IMG/VR virus record: IMGVR_UViG_3300048849_000157
Span: 1-42,368 of that record
From: a virus
Taxonomy: Duplodnaviria; Caudoviricetes
Strand: one strand, 5' to 3'
DNA: 42,368 bases
In this document: in pieces, positions 8,401 through 15,636 of the stretch
Numbering within the stretch: the stretch's first letter is position 1
How the letters are laid out: the number at the start of each line of letters is the position of its first letter
Translations under genes and position numbers: made by a program
The notes under the pieces: generated by a model
What the model was told of the DNA's origin: nothing
The model's input: only the letters and a program-made list of their open reading frames with translations
Database searches by the model: none

Positions 8401-8548
8401 GCAGACTACTGATCTAAACTGGGACATTTCTAAAAACACCAAAAATCGCAATAAATTTCTGAGCGAAGAAAATCGCAAAGAAAAACTAATGACAGTCATA
8501 TCGGCGTCATGATGAACAAGATTCACGCTTGCTAATGCAAAATCCCAG

Positions 8549-8563
8549 GGACAAAGTAGGAAC
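8549..8563 (+). promoter_or_regulatory. putative LexA box overlapping the promoter of 8591-8794
   Basis: GGAC-AAAGTAG-GAAC (one mismatch to GAAC-N7-GAAC) over the -10 of TTGCTA-N17-CAAAGT. Confidence 0.45.
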
Positions 8564-8590
8564 GGGCAGGAAATCAACTAGGGTGGAGCA

Positions 8591-8794
8591 ATGAAAAGGC
8601 GGGAGATGATACGTTCGTTAGCCATAGCGGCTGCGATAGGACCAGTAGCGGCGTCGGCGAAAGAACCGGCCAGCTTTGAACAGTGTCAGACCAAGGCGGC
8701 TAAGATCGCCGGATTGATGGGAGAACTGTTTGGAGGTGAATGGCGCGTCTCTCTACAGCAAGATTTCGTGATGATTTCGAAAAAGATTGGCTAG
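8591..8794 (+). CDS. small protein convergent with cI (candidate SOS-induced antirepressor or exported protein)
   Basis: GGAG RBS; 67 aa; N-terminus MKRREMIRSLAIAAA..ASA resembles a twin-arginine signal. Confidence 0.6.
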   Translation: MKRREMIRSLAIAAAIGPVAASAKEPASFEQCQTKAAKIAGLMGELFGGEWRVSLQQDFVMISKKIG

Positions 8795-9114
8795 GCCGTG
8801 CCAGTCAGAGCTTTGAGGACTCGTACCGCCTGGTCGCGTTGAGCTTCGTTGAGCAGGCGGACAAGGTCCGCTACATCTCCTTCTTCGGATGGGTCCATAC
8901 TGATAATTTGCCAGGGCTTGCACTCATAAGCCTCTGCCGCAGCTTCCAAATCATCCTGATTATACGGCGTGGCTCCCGCCTCAATCCGGCTTAGCTTGGA
9001 CTGGCTCCAATTGAGCCGTCCCGCTGCTTCTTCCTGCGTCAGATCGCAGTGCTCCCGCCATTCCTTGAAGAAATGCTTTGTGCGCTCGCGCTTTGGTTTC
9101 GGGACCGGTGCCAT
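8791..9114 (-). CDS. cI: XRE-family phage repressor (CI-like, no protease domain)
   Basis: WRE..DLTQEEAA..LNWSQSKLSRIEAG HTH; divergent from cro. Confidence 0.85.
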   Translation of the reverse strand: MAPVPKPKRERTKHFFKEWREHCDLTQEEAAGRLNWSQSKLSRIEAGATPYNQDDLEAAAEAYECKPWQIISMDPSEEGDVADLVRLLNEAQRDQAVRVLKALTGTA

Positions 9115-9171
9115 GGCGGGACTCTACCTTTTCAGCGCAAAAAATGAATGTCATGGCATGGATAAATAGGC

Positions 9172-9201
9172 TTGACATGCATATGCATGGGATGCATTAA
9201 T
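9172..9201 (+). promoter_or_regulatory. rightward early promoter (PR-like) with operator
   Basis: TTGACA at 9172-9177, -10 region CATTAAT at 9195-9201; ATGCAT at 9177, 9183 and 9192 (ATGCAT-GGG-ATGCAT 9183-9197). Confidence 0.75.
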
Positions 9202-9207
9202 ATGTGC

Positions 9208-9450
9208 ATGAAGCTGGAAACCTACCTCAAGGAAAAGAAGATGACTGACGACGCTTTTGCGGCGCTCGTCGGTTTGTCGCAGTCCCAAATCAGTCGCATC
9301 AGACGCGACAAGAGCTGGCCGACTAGGGAGGCAATGGAGCGCATCGCAACCGCTACGGCGGGTGTGGTCACTGCCAATGACTTCCTAAGCATAGACATCC
9401 CAGTGAGACGGAAACCAGCAAGGGCGAAGCATACGGAGGCTGCGGAATGA
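9208..9450 (+). CDS. cro: Cro-like HTH regulator
   Basis: MKLETYL..FAALVGLSQSQISRI..P..I..ATAG.VTANDF. Confidence 0.85.
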   Translation: MKLETYLKEKKMTDDAFAALVGLSQSQISRIRRDKSWPTREAMERIATATAGVVTANDFLSIDIPVRRKPARAKHTEAAE

Positions 9451-9749
9451 GCGCGTCGTTCGGGGAACACGAAGATAGGCCGGAAGACATGCCCTGTGGG
9501 TCGTGCGCGGCTGGCGTCTATCACGAGAAAGCTATCCTAAAAGGGCTGGAGATGTTCGGCCATTGCTCGACTCGAAAGCAAGCGTTGGCGGAGGCGCCTA
9601 GGTGCAAGCGGGACAGTTCGCATATCTGCTTTGGCGCTCGGGATTGGATTATCCCTGCGGATTTTCCGATCACGGATGACCGGCGCGCTGAGATGCTTCG
9701 CATCTGCGGCATATCCTCCACGCCCTCCATTCATGGGGAACTCCAGTGA
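9447..9749 (+). CDS. Cys-containing hypothetical phage protein
   Basis: GGAGG RBS, ATGA-coupled to cro. Confidence 0.55.
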   Translation: MSASFGEHEDRPEDMPCGSCAAGVYHEKAILKGLEMFGHCSTRKQALAEAPRCKRDSSHICFGARDWIIPADFPITDDRRAEMLRICGISSTPSIHGELQ

Positions 9750-10210
9750 CCAACACCGAAGCAGCCCTGACTGACGCCGCCATAATCACGGCGGCAAAAG
9801 AATACGCCCATGGCGCGCCGGATGTAGCCACCCGCTCTGGATTGCAGGTCGCCTTCGTGTCCGGCGTAGTGTGGCAGCGTGAGCATCAGGATGACTACGA
9901 CGCATTCAACGGCCGGCTAGGCCCCTCCGACGACGCCTGGCGGGCAACGCTGCAGGCCACGATCAACCAGCAGGCCGAGGAGATCGAACGCCTCCGCGAG
10001 GCTGAGCGCCGGAGCATCCAGTGGCAGCCTATTGAAACGGCTCCAAAGGACGTTCCTGTTTTGCTCGGCTGGGAGGATAGCTTCCGCCGCGAGTGGGAAT
10101 ATGAGGCGGGTCTCTACGGCTCCACGCGAGGCGGTTGGCTTCACGGTCAGGCAACCCACTGGATGCCGCTCCCTTCGCCTCCAAGCCCCATCCCCAACAA
10201 CGGAGCATAG
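9746..10210 (+). CDS. protein with C-terminal DUF551 domain
   Basis: WQPIETAPKD..THWMPLPSPP. Confidence 0.7.
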   Translation: MTNTEAALTDAAIITAAKEYAHGAPDVATRSGLQVAFVSGVVWQREHQDDYDAFNGRLGPSDDAWRATLQATINQQAEEIERLREAERRSIQWQPIETAPKDVPVLLGWEDSFRREWEYEAGLYGSTRGGWLHGQATHWMPLPSPPSPIPNNGA

Positions 10211-10330
10211 CCGAATGAAGTAGCGACCCACCAACACGCCGCACCTTATCAGGCCGGGCCCATCTCGTTCAGTGAATAGCGCCCGGCCACCTTCGCATAA
10301 CCCATCCACCCAAAGCCCCAGGAGGCCGTC

Positions 10331-10522
10331 ATGCTTTTCTACATTCTCATTGCCGCCATTTCCTTTGTACTGGGCGTCGTCACAGCATTTGCCGGCGTCA
10401 TCATCGGAAAGAGCTTCGCCCTGAGGGCAAACCACATCGATGAAAATGCGCAGGTCGATGAGGTTATGGCCTCTCTCGAAGCCCACCGCGCCATGGAGCG
10501 CGACCTGTTCGCCACGAATTAA
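10331..10522 (+). CDS. small membrane protein
   Basis: AGGAGG RBS; N-terminal hydrophobic helix. Confidence 0.65.
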   Translation: MLFYILIAAISFVLGVVTAFAGVIIGKSFALRANHIDENAQVDEVMASLEAHRAMERDLFATN

Positions 10523-10527
10523 CCCAT

Positions 10528-10557
10528 TGACGCGCTGAGCCTCCCCTAGGCGCGTCA
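10528..10557. terminator. hairpin between convergent genes
   Basis: TGACGCGC..GCGCGTCA inverted repeat. Confidence 0.45.
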
Positions 10558-10848
10558 TAGCTCGTCCCAGTCGTCGTAGTCCTCCCCTGCTCCGACTGGG
10601 GCGAGTACCAGAATACGCGGAAAGCCACCACGCAGGTTCATCACAACACTAGCGACGGCGTTTCCTAACTCAATGAATGGCGCTGCCGAGGAGGTCTCGA
10701 CAGCGCCGGCAAGGCCTACCGAGGCGGCGGCGTTGGCCCTGCGAACGAATGGAATAACTGAGGTCCCGCGAGCGGCGGACCTGGAGAGATCGCTAGCCTG
10801 ATTGGCGTCATGGCCGGTGATCTCTCCACTAATCTCGATCCTGCGCAT
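10555..10848 (-). CDS. hypothetical protein antisense to the early right operon
   Basis: GAGGAG RBS on the minus strand; 97 aa with acidic tail. Confidence 0.55.
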   Translation of the reverse strand: MRRIEISGEITGHDANQASDLSRSAARGTSVIPFVRRANAAASVGLAGAVETSSAAPFIELGNAVASVVMNLRGGFPRILVLAPVGAGEDYDDWDEL

Positions 10849-10893
10849 CTGCAGCTCCTCTTGAACAAGGAGAAACTAGCGCAGGAGACCGAC

Positions 10894-11283
10894 ATGAGGT
10901 TGTCGAAGCATGACAAAAGCCAGTCTAACAAGGGCAAGCCAATGAGCGACGTTTACTACGCCCAATCCCTATTCAGGGAGGCGTTCCCCCAAAGACGATA
11001 CGGGAGCGTCAAAGCCGCGCTGTATGAGGCGCACCGCTTCATCTCCCGACGTGTCCGCAAGGACTTTACCGAGCGCCGTGTGCGGTCCCTCTGGGAGGGA
11101 ACAGCCAAGCGTATCGATGCAGAAGAAATGGAAGCCTTAAAGGCCGCTCTCCAGGAGGAAGCCCTTCGTGAACAGACCGAACTCCGTACCCGTCTGGCTC
11201 TGCTGGATGAGAAGATTGCCCACTTCGATGCGCGCGCAGCTAGCCAAGCGCTGGAGAGCAAGAGCCAACAAGTGGGCCGATAG
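10894..11283 (+). CDS. CII-like transcriptional regulator
   Basis: AGGAG RBS; TERRVRSLWEG.A.RIDA.EM motif; position after cro. Confidence 0.55.
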   Translation: MRLSKHDKSQSNKGKPMSDVYYAQSLFREAFPQRRYGSVKAALYEAHRFISRRVRKDFTERRVRSLWEGTAKRIDAEEMEALKAALQEEALREQTELRTRLALLDEKIAHFDARAASQALESKSQQVGR

Positions 11284-11313
11284 GGCCGAATGGATCATGG
11301 GCGAGGACTGAGC

Positions 11314-11640
11314 ATGACAAATAACCAGGGCAACTCAGAGCAGGCCACCCCATCACCCGAGGCACATTTGCGGGTGAAGCCGCTGGAATGGAAATATGGC
11401 ATCCTCGATGACGTGATTGAGGCCAGGCATCCGTTCGGCAGCTACGCTTGCCCTAAGTTTCATGATGCATGGGATTTGCTTCGAGACGGCCGTCATTTTC
11501 ACCCCAAAATACACGGGGTCATTCAGACCTATCCGACCCTCGAAGCCGCCCAAGCCGCCGCCCAGGAAGACTACGAGAAGCACGTCCTCTTGATGGTCGA
11601 GACACCCGCACCCGAAACGAAAATAACGGGGGAAGAGTGA
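11314..11640 (+). CDS. hypothetical phage protein
   Basis: VKPLEW..TLEAAQAAAQ.DYE motif common in phage early genes. Confidence 0.6.
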   Translation: MTNNQGNSEQATPSPEAHLRVKPLEWKYGILDDVIEARHPFGSYACPKFHDAWDLLRDGRHFHPKIHGVIQTYPTLEAAQAAAQEDYEKHVLLMVETPAPETKITGEE

Positions 11641-12011
11641 TGTGGCTTGGAGGAAAAACAGGCGTCGATGACGACTTGATGGATGACTGGCTTATGGCTG
11701 TCGTCAAAGCAGGCCGCCGTGGCATCGTAGGCAAGAAGCTTGAAACGACTCTTGCCGAACTAGCGGATCACCTATCCAACGGAAACCTATGCGTTGTCCG
11801 TCGCCCTGCCACGGCGACTGACACGAACGCCCGCGGCCCATTGCCGTCATCGAAACTCGCTGACCGACTGGTGCAGGAACTTACCCAAAGCTGGAACCGC
11901 GAGACCATCGTGCGGCGTCATCACGTGACTTTGGCCGAAGAGCTTCGCGCAGCCCTCTCGCCCCCGGTAGAGCAGGCACCGCAACCCCCGTCACCCGAAA
12001 CGAGGGTGTGA
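11640..12011 (+). CDS. hypothetical phage protein
   Basis: TGATG coupling; start MWLGG. Confidence 0.55.
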   Translation: MWLGGKTGVDDDLMDDWLMAVVKAGRRGIVGKKLETTLAELADHLSNGNLCVVRRPATATDTNARGPLPSSKLADRLVQELTQSWNRETIVRRHHVTLAEELRAALSPPVEQAPQPPSPETRV

Positions 12012-12016
12012 GGTCC

Positions 12017-12226
12017 ATGACCCGCCCTCCCGCCAACGTCATAGCCGAACATCTCCGTGAGATCCGCGCAGACAAGATCCTGACGGTAGACGCCAACGGC
12101 TCCAAGCGCAGCCAGGAATGGCGCGACCGGTATCAGCGTCACATCGAGACTCTCGGCTATGCCATCGAAGGATACGACAACCTCGCCCGGGTGAAAGCCC
12201 AGGCAGCAGCGGAGGCGGTAGCATGA
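12017..12226 (+). CDS. hypothetical phage protein
   Basis: GAGG RBS. Confidence 0.5.
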   Translation: MTRPPANVIAEHLREIRADKILTVDANGSKRSQEWRDRYQRHIETLGYAIEGYDNLARVKAQAAAEAVA

Positions 12227-12483
12227 ACCGGATTGTCATCAACATGGATGTGAACGGCGGCTTTGAGATCTTCAGTGACGAGCCTGTCGAGGTATTCGTC
12301 GTCTGTGACCACTGCCCAAACGATCGCGTCTACCAGAGTTCAAGCGTGAACGTTGGCGTCGAGAAGGTCCAGGCACAGCTTCGATCGGACCCAGTAGGCC
12401 ACATCAACGACGATCAGCTTCTAGGGAACGGCTATGGGCCGCGCAAGCCTCCCTCAAAGCGCAAGCTCGAGGTGGTCAAATGA
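12223..12483 (+). CDS. hypothetical phage protein
   Basis: GGAGG RBS, ATGA-coupled; start MNRIV. Confidence 0.55.
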   Translation: MNRIVINMDVNGGFEIFSDEPVEVFVVCDHCPNDRVYQSSSVNVGVEKVQAQLRSDPVGHINDDQLLGNGYGPRKPPSKRKLEVVK

Positions 12484-12719
12484 ACGCGCTCGAGATGTTC
12501 CGCATGGGCAACGACTACCTGCAGATCGCCGCGCACTCCCGCAGGACTGAAGCAGAGGTGGAGAAGGAAATTCACCTGCTTCGCGCGAAGGAGCGGCTGG
12601 TCAAATACAAGACCGAATGGGCAGTCCGTAAGGCTGAAGCCCGGCGGGTCTACATGCGCGAGTACATGCGGCGCCAGCGGGAAGCCATGCGGGAAGAGCG
12701 CAACAGGAGGCAGGCATGA
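12480..12719 (+). CDS. small HTH-like basic protein
   Basis: LEMFRMG.DY.QIA....TEAEV pattern. Confidence 0.55.
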   Translation: MNALEMFRMGNDYLQIAAHSRRTEAEVEKEIHLLRAKERLVKYKTEWAVRKAEARRVYMREYMRRQREAMREERNRRQA

Positions 12720-12970
12720 GCGAGTGGCAGTTAATTGAGACCGCGCCGAAGAACACGAAGGTTCTGGCTGGGTATCGCAATGAGAATGGCAAGTGGCGAA
12801 CTATCACCGCTTGCTACCACACAGAACTCCCATGGTCGGATGAGTACGGAGATATCGAGGAGGAATACGCCCCGGAGGGCTGGTACGAGGAAAGCGATAG
12901 CTCAGAGGTCATCTACCAGACCAGCAGTCAGCCGACGCATTGGATGCCGCTCCCGGAGCCGCCCCAATGA
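12716..12970 (+). CDS. DUF551-family protein
   Basis: MSEWQLIETAPK..PTHWMPLPEPP. Confidence 0.8.
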   Translation: MSEWQLIETAPKNTKVLAGYRNENGKWRTITACYHTELPWSDEYGDIEEEYAPEGWYEESDSSEVIYQTSSQPTHWMPLPEPPQ

Positions 12971-13341
12971 GCGAAGTCCTCACGCGCGAGCAATACCAGA
13001 CGGAGATCGCAAAGCCGAAGCGGGGTAACAAATACGGAGCCAAGCGCACCGTCGTAGATGGCATCACCTTCGACAGCAAGCGCGAGGCTGAGGTCTATGG
13101 CGATCTGAAGCTTCTTGAGCGCGCCGGAAAGATATCCGGTTTCGAGCGCCAGCGAAAATTTGAGCTGATCGTCAACGGCGAGATCATCGGCACCTACCGG
13201 GCCGACTTCGCTTTCATCGACAACGAACAAGACGGTTGTCTGCGAGTGATCGACGTCAAGGGCGTCATTACCCGCGACTTCCGCCGCGTCCGGAAGATCA
13301 TCAAAGCAGCATACAATATCGAGATCGAGGTGTGGAAATGA
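12967..13341 (+). CDS. DUF1064-family PD-(D/E)XK endonuclease
   Basis: NKYGAK..DGITFDSKREA, YRADF and DVKG motifs. Confidence 0.85.
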   Translation: MSEVLTREQYQTEIAKPKRGNKYGAKRTVVDGITFDSKREAEVYGDLKLLERAGKISGFERQRKFELIVNGEIIGTYRADFAFIDNEQDGCLRVIDVKGVITRDFRRVRKIIKAAYNIEIEVWK

Positions 13342-13679
13342 CCAAAGACGAGCAGTTCAACATCTTCTGGCAATCTTACCCGCGCCGCATCGCCAAGGGC
13401 AACGCCCTCAAGGCCTTCGACAAGGCCATCAAGCAGACCACGCTGGAGGTCATGCTCGACGCCATCACCAAATACGTGGCGAACAAGCCCGACTACCAGG
13501 ACTACGCGCACCCGGCAAGCTGGCTCAACGGCCAACGATGGCACGATGAATGGGAACCCCAGCAGCCCAAGGTGTCGAAGTATGCAACGCCGCAATATCA
13601 GCCGGTGTCGAAGCCCAACCAGAGCCGTGAGGACTACCTCCGCGCTGAGATGGAACGTGCTGAGAGGAGCTGGCGATGA
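13338..13679 (+). CDS. phage replication initiator, C-terminal domain only
   Basis: F..FW..YPRR..K..A.KAF and HPASWLNGQRWHDE motifs of replisome-organiser C-termini; only 113 aa. Confidence 0.7.
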   Translation: MTKDEQFNIFWQSYPRRIAKGNALKAFDKAIKQTTLEVMLDAITKYVANKPDYQDYAHPASWLNGQRWHDEWEPQQPKVSKYATPQYQPVSKPNQSREDYLRAEMERAERSWR

Positions 13680-13725
13680 ACGAGATGGCAGCCCGCGCCC
13701 GTGGGCTCATGAAGGGGGTAGGGGC

Positions 13726-13911
13726 ATGACTACGGACGATTGGGCTAGGCGTATGGCATGCGCTCTTTTTATTTTGGGTGCATCGTTAGATAGCTTTAGC
13801 CGGGCGTTCCAATCAGGTCTCGAAAACCCATGGGAATTGGGTGTTCGAGTGTTTGTCGGGATCGTCGCTGCATGGGTTGCCGTGAGTATATTTCGCAAGG
13901 GTATCCGCTGA
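13726..13911 (+). CDS. small two-TM membrane protein
   Basis: MTTDDWARR start; two hydrophobic segments; locally AT-richer. Confidence 0.5.
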   Translation: MTTDDWARRMACALFILGASLDSFSRAFQSGLENPWELGVRVFVGIVAAWVAVSIFRKGIR

Positions 13912-14111
13912 TGAAAGACTGGCGCATCACCCATTCCGAAAGGATCGAAGCCCTCGTCAGCAAGGGCTGGCGCATCATCGCCACGGGGATCTCCCAAGAC
14001 GAGGCGCATCTCAAGTCGAAGCGCAAGGCCTGGCCTATCGGGTCCATCTTTTTCTGGGCAAGCGGCACGATGATCGCTCCCCCAGCACAGCAACAGGAGG
14101 AAGCAGCGTGA
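13911..14111 (+). CDS. hypothetical phage protein
   Basis: TGATG coupling; start MKDWR. Confidence 0.5.
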   Translation: MKDWRITHSERIEALVSKGWRIIATGISQDEAHLKSKRKAWPIGSIFFWASGTMIAPPAQQQEEAA

Positions 14112-14389
14112 TCAAGAACAACCCGGAAGAATACGTCACGATTGGCATGGTGCAAGAGCAGCGGCGGAAGCGATGGCTGGAAGATCGCGCCGCTTCATCG
14201 GTCACCAGTTCGGAGGATGTTCCTGTCGTCCCAGTCGTGACAGATCTCCTTGAGGCGCTTCGTGAACTGAATGAAGCACTCGACGATGGTCTTTGCAACA
14301 GCGGGACTCCGGGCTTCGACAGCAACCGACTTGGCCGTGCTCAGGTTCAGGCAGTCGCAGCCATCGCTAGAGCGGAGGTCGCCCAATGA
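14108..14389 (+). CDS. hypothetical phage protein
   Basis: DLLEAL..AAIARAE motif. Confidence 0.55.
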   Translation: MIKNNPEEYVTIGMVQEQRRKRWLEDRAASSVTSSEDVPVVPVVTDLLEALRELNEALDDGLCNSGTPGFDSNRLGRAQVQAVAAIARAEVAQ

Positions 14390-14940
14390 TCCAGGCAAGA
14401 ACACTCACATCAGAAGCAGAGATGCGCGCAAACGCTGTGGCGGTGAGAGCCCGGTGTTTCTACCCCAAGGCAGTGCCGAAGCCACAACCCTCTCAGGTGG
14501 TCACGCTCATCTCCTACAGAGGCTATGAGCCGCCCAAGCCGCCAGCACTAGTCACACCGCCGGCCGTACCAGCTTGGCAGACCACGCCCACCATGTTCGA
14601 GGAGCATGTCTTCGCCTATCGCGCTGCGGTCAAGATCCAGGAGATGATTGCGGCCGGCGAGATCGAGCTGGTGAACATCGAGCGCCGGACTGTATCGCAG
14701 ATCGTTGACGAGGTGCTGCTCGGCTTCCCGGGGATCATGGTCAAGGCACTGAAGGGGCACTCACGGACGCGCCCTGTCGTCGCTGCTCGGCACGCCGCGA
14801 TCTATGCAGTTTGGCGCGAACGGCCTGACATGTCCTACCCTGCCATAGGCCGTTGGTTCGGCAAGAGAGACCATTCCAGCGCACATCATGCCGTCCAGAA
14901 GATGAAAGCACAGGAAGCCCAGAAGGAGACATCAGCATGA
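14386..14940 (+). CDS. protein with DnaA C-terminal (domain IV)-like HTH
   Basis: SRTRPVVAARH.AIY..SYPAIGRWFGKRDHSSAHHAV. Confidence 0.8.
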   Translation: MIQARTLTSEAEMRANAVAVRARCFYPKAVPKPQPSQVVTLISYRGYEPPKPPALVTPPAVPAWQTTPTMFEEHVFAYRAAVKIQEMIAAGEIELVNIERRTVSQIVDEVLLGFPGIMVKALKGHSRTRPVVAARHAAIYAVWRERPDMSYPAIGRWFGKRDHSSAHHAVQKMKAQEAQKETSA

Positions 14941-15269
14941 GCGCGCACGAGAAGGGCATCGAGGCGGCGGCCCGCTCAGATGCAGCCGTAGATGGCCGCG
15001 ACTTTGACGGACTTAGTCGGGCTGACAAGCGCCGGTATCTGGAGAGGCCACAACTGGCCATCCGCGCCTACCTTGAGGCATCGGGTCAGGTGCTTGTGCC
15101 GAGGGAGCCGACGAACGAGATGAAGGTCGAGGCTGATAGGGCAAGGAATAACGCCTTGTACCAAGATGAGAACGACCAAATCGGCGCGCTCAATATTGCC
15201 ATATCCGCGGCCATCGAAGCCTATCCCCAGCCCTTCTCCCAAGACAGCACAGAAGGGGATGGCGCATGA
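14937..15269 (+). CDS. hypothetical phage protein
   Basis: VLVPREPT.EM motif; ATGA-coupled. Confidence 0.6.
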   Translation: MSAHEKGIEAAARSDAAVDGRDFDGLSRADKRRYLERPQLAIRAYLEASGQVLVPREPTNEMKVEADRARNNALYQDENDQIGALNIAISAAIEAYPQPFSQDSTEGDGA

Positions 15270-15604
15270 GGTGGGACGTATTAGCGATCTGGCTTTTGCC
15301 AGCATTTTGCGACGACATCACAGCCGCGGCTAGATCGGCCAACAACCTGACGCCATCGGGAGAGCAGGTAGTGACGGTGTTCGTCTGGCTTATCGTGGTA
15401 GCCCTCTGGATGCACGCCGTGTCGAGCTTTGCGAGGAGAGAACGCAAGCAGGCCCTCGCCTCTGTTCTTTCCAATGGCATCCTAGCCGATCTGAATGGGG
15501 ATGAGTTTCTGATGGTGCCTTCCGACCCGGCGATGCAGGACGAGGTGAGGAAGGAAAACCGCAGAGCGAGACAGATTGAGCGCATGAAGCAGACTTCGAA
15601 TTAA
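15266..15604 (+). CDS. hypothetical membrane protein
   Basis: hydrophobic VVTVFVWLIVVALW segment; ATGA-coupled. Confidence 0.5.
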   Translation: MRWDVLAIWLLPAFCDDITAAARSANNLTPSGEQVVTVFVWLIVVALWMHAVSSFARRERKQALASVLSNGILADLNGDEFLMVPSDPAMQDEVRKENRRARQIERMKQTSN

Positions 15605-15636
15605 TCCGAGCGGCGGCTCACACACGAGGAACGACA

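Noticed and set aside
8029-8577. minus-strand ORFs of 92 and 69 aa in the immunity region
   Set aside because: No RBS and atypical composition; the interval is better explained as + strand structured RNA, AT tract and promoter.
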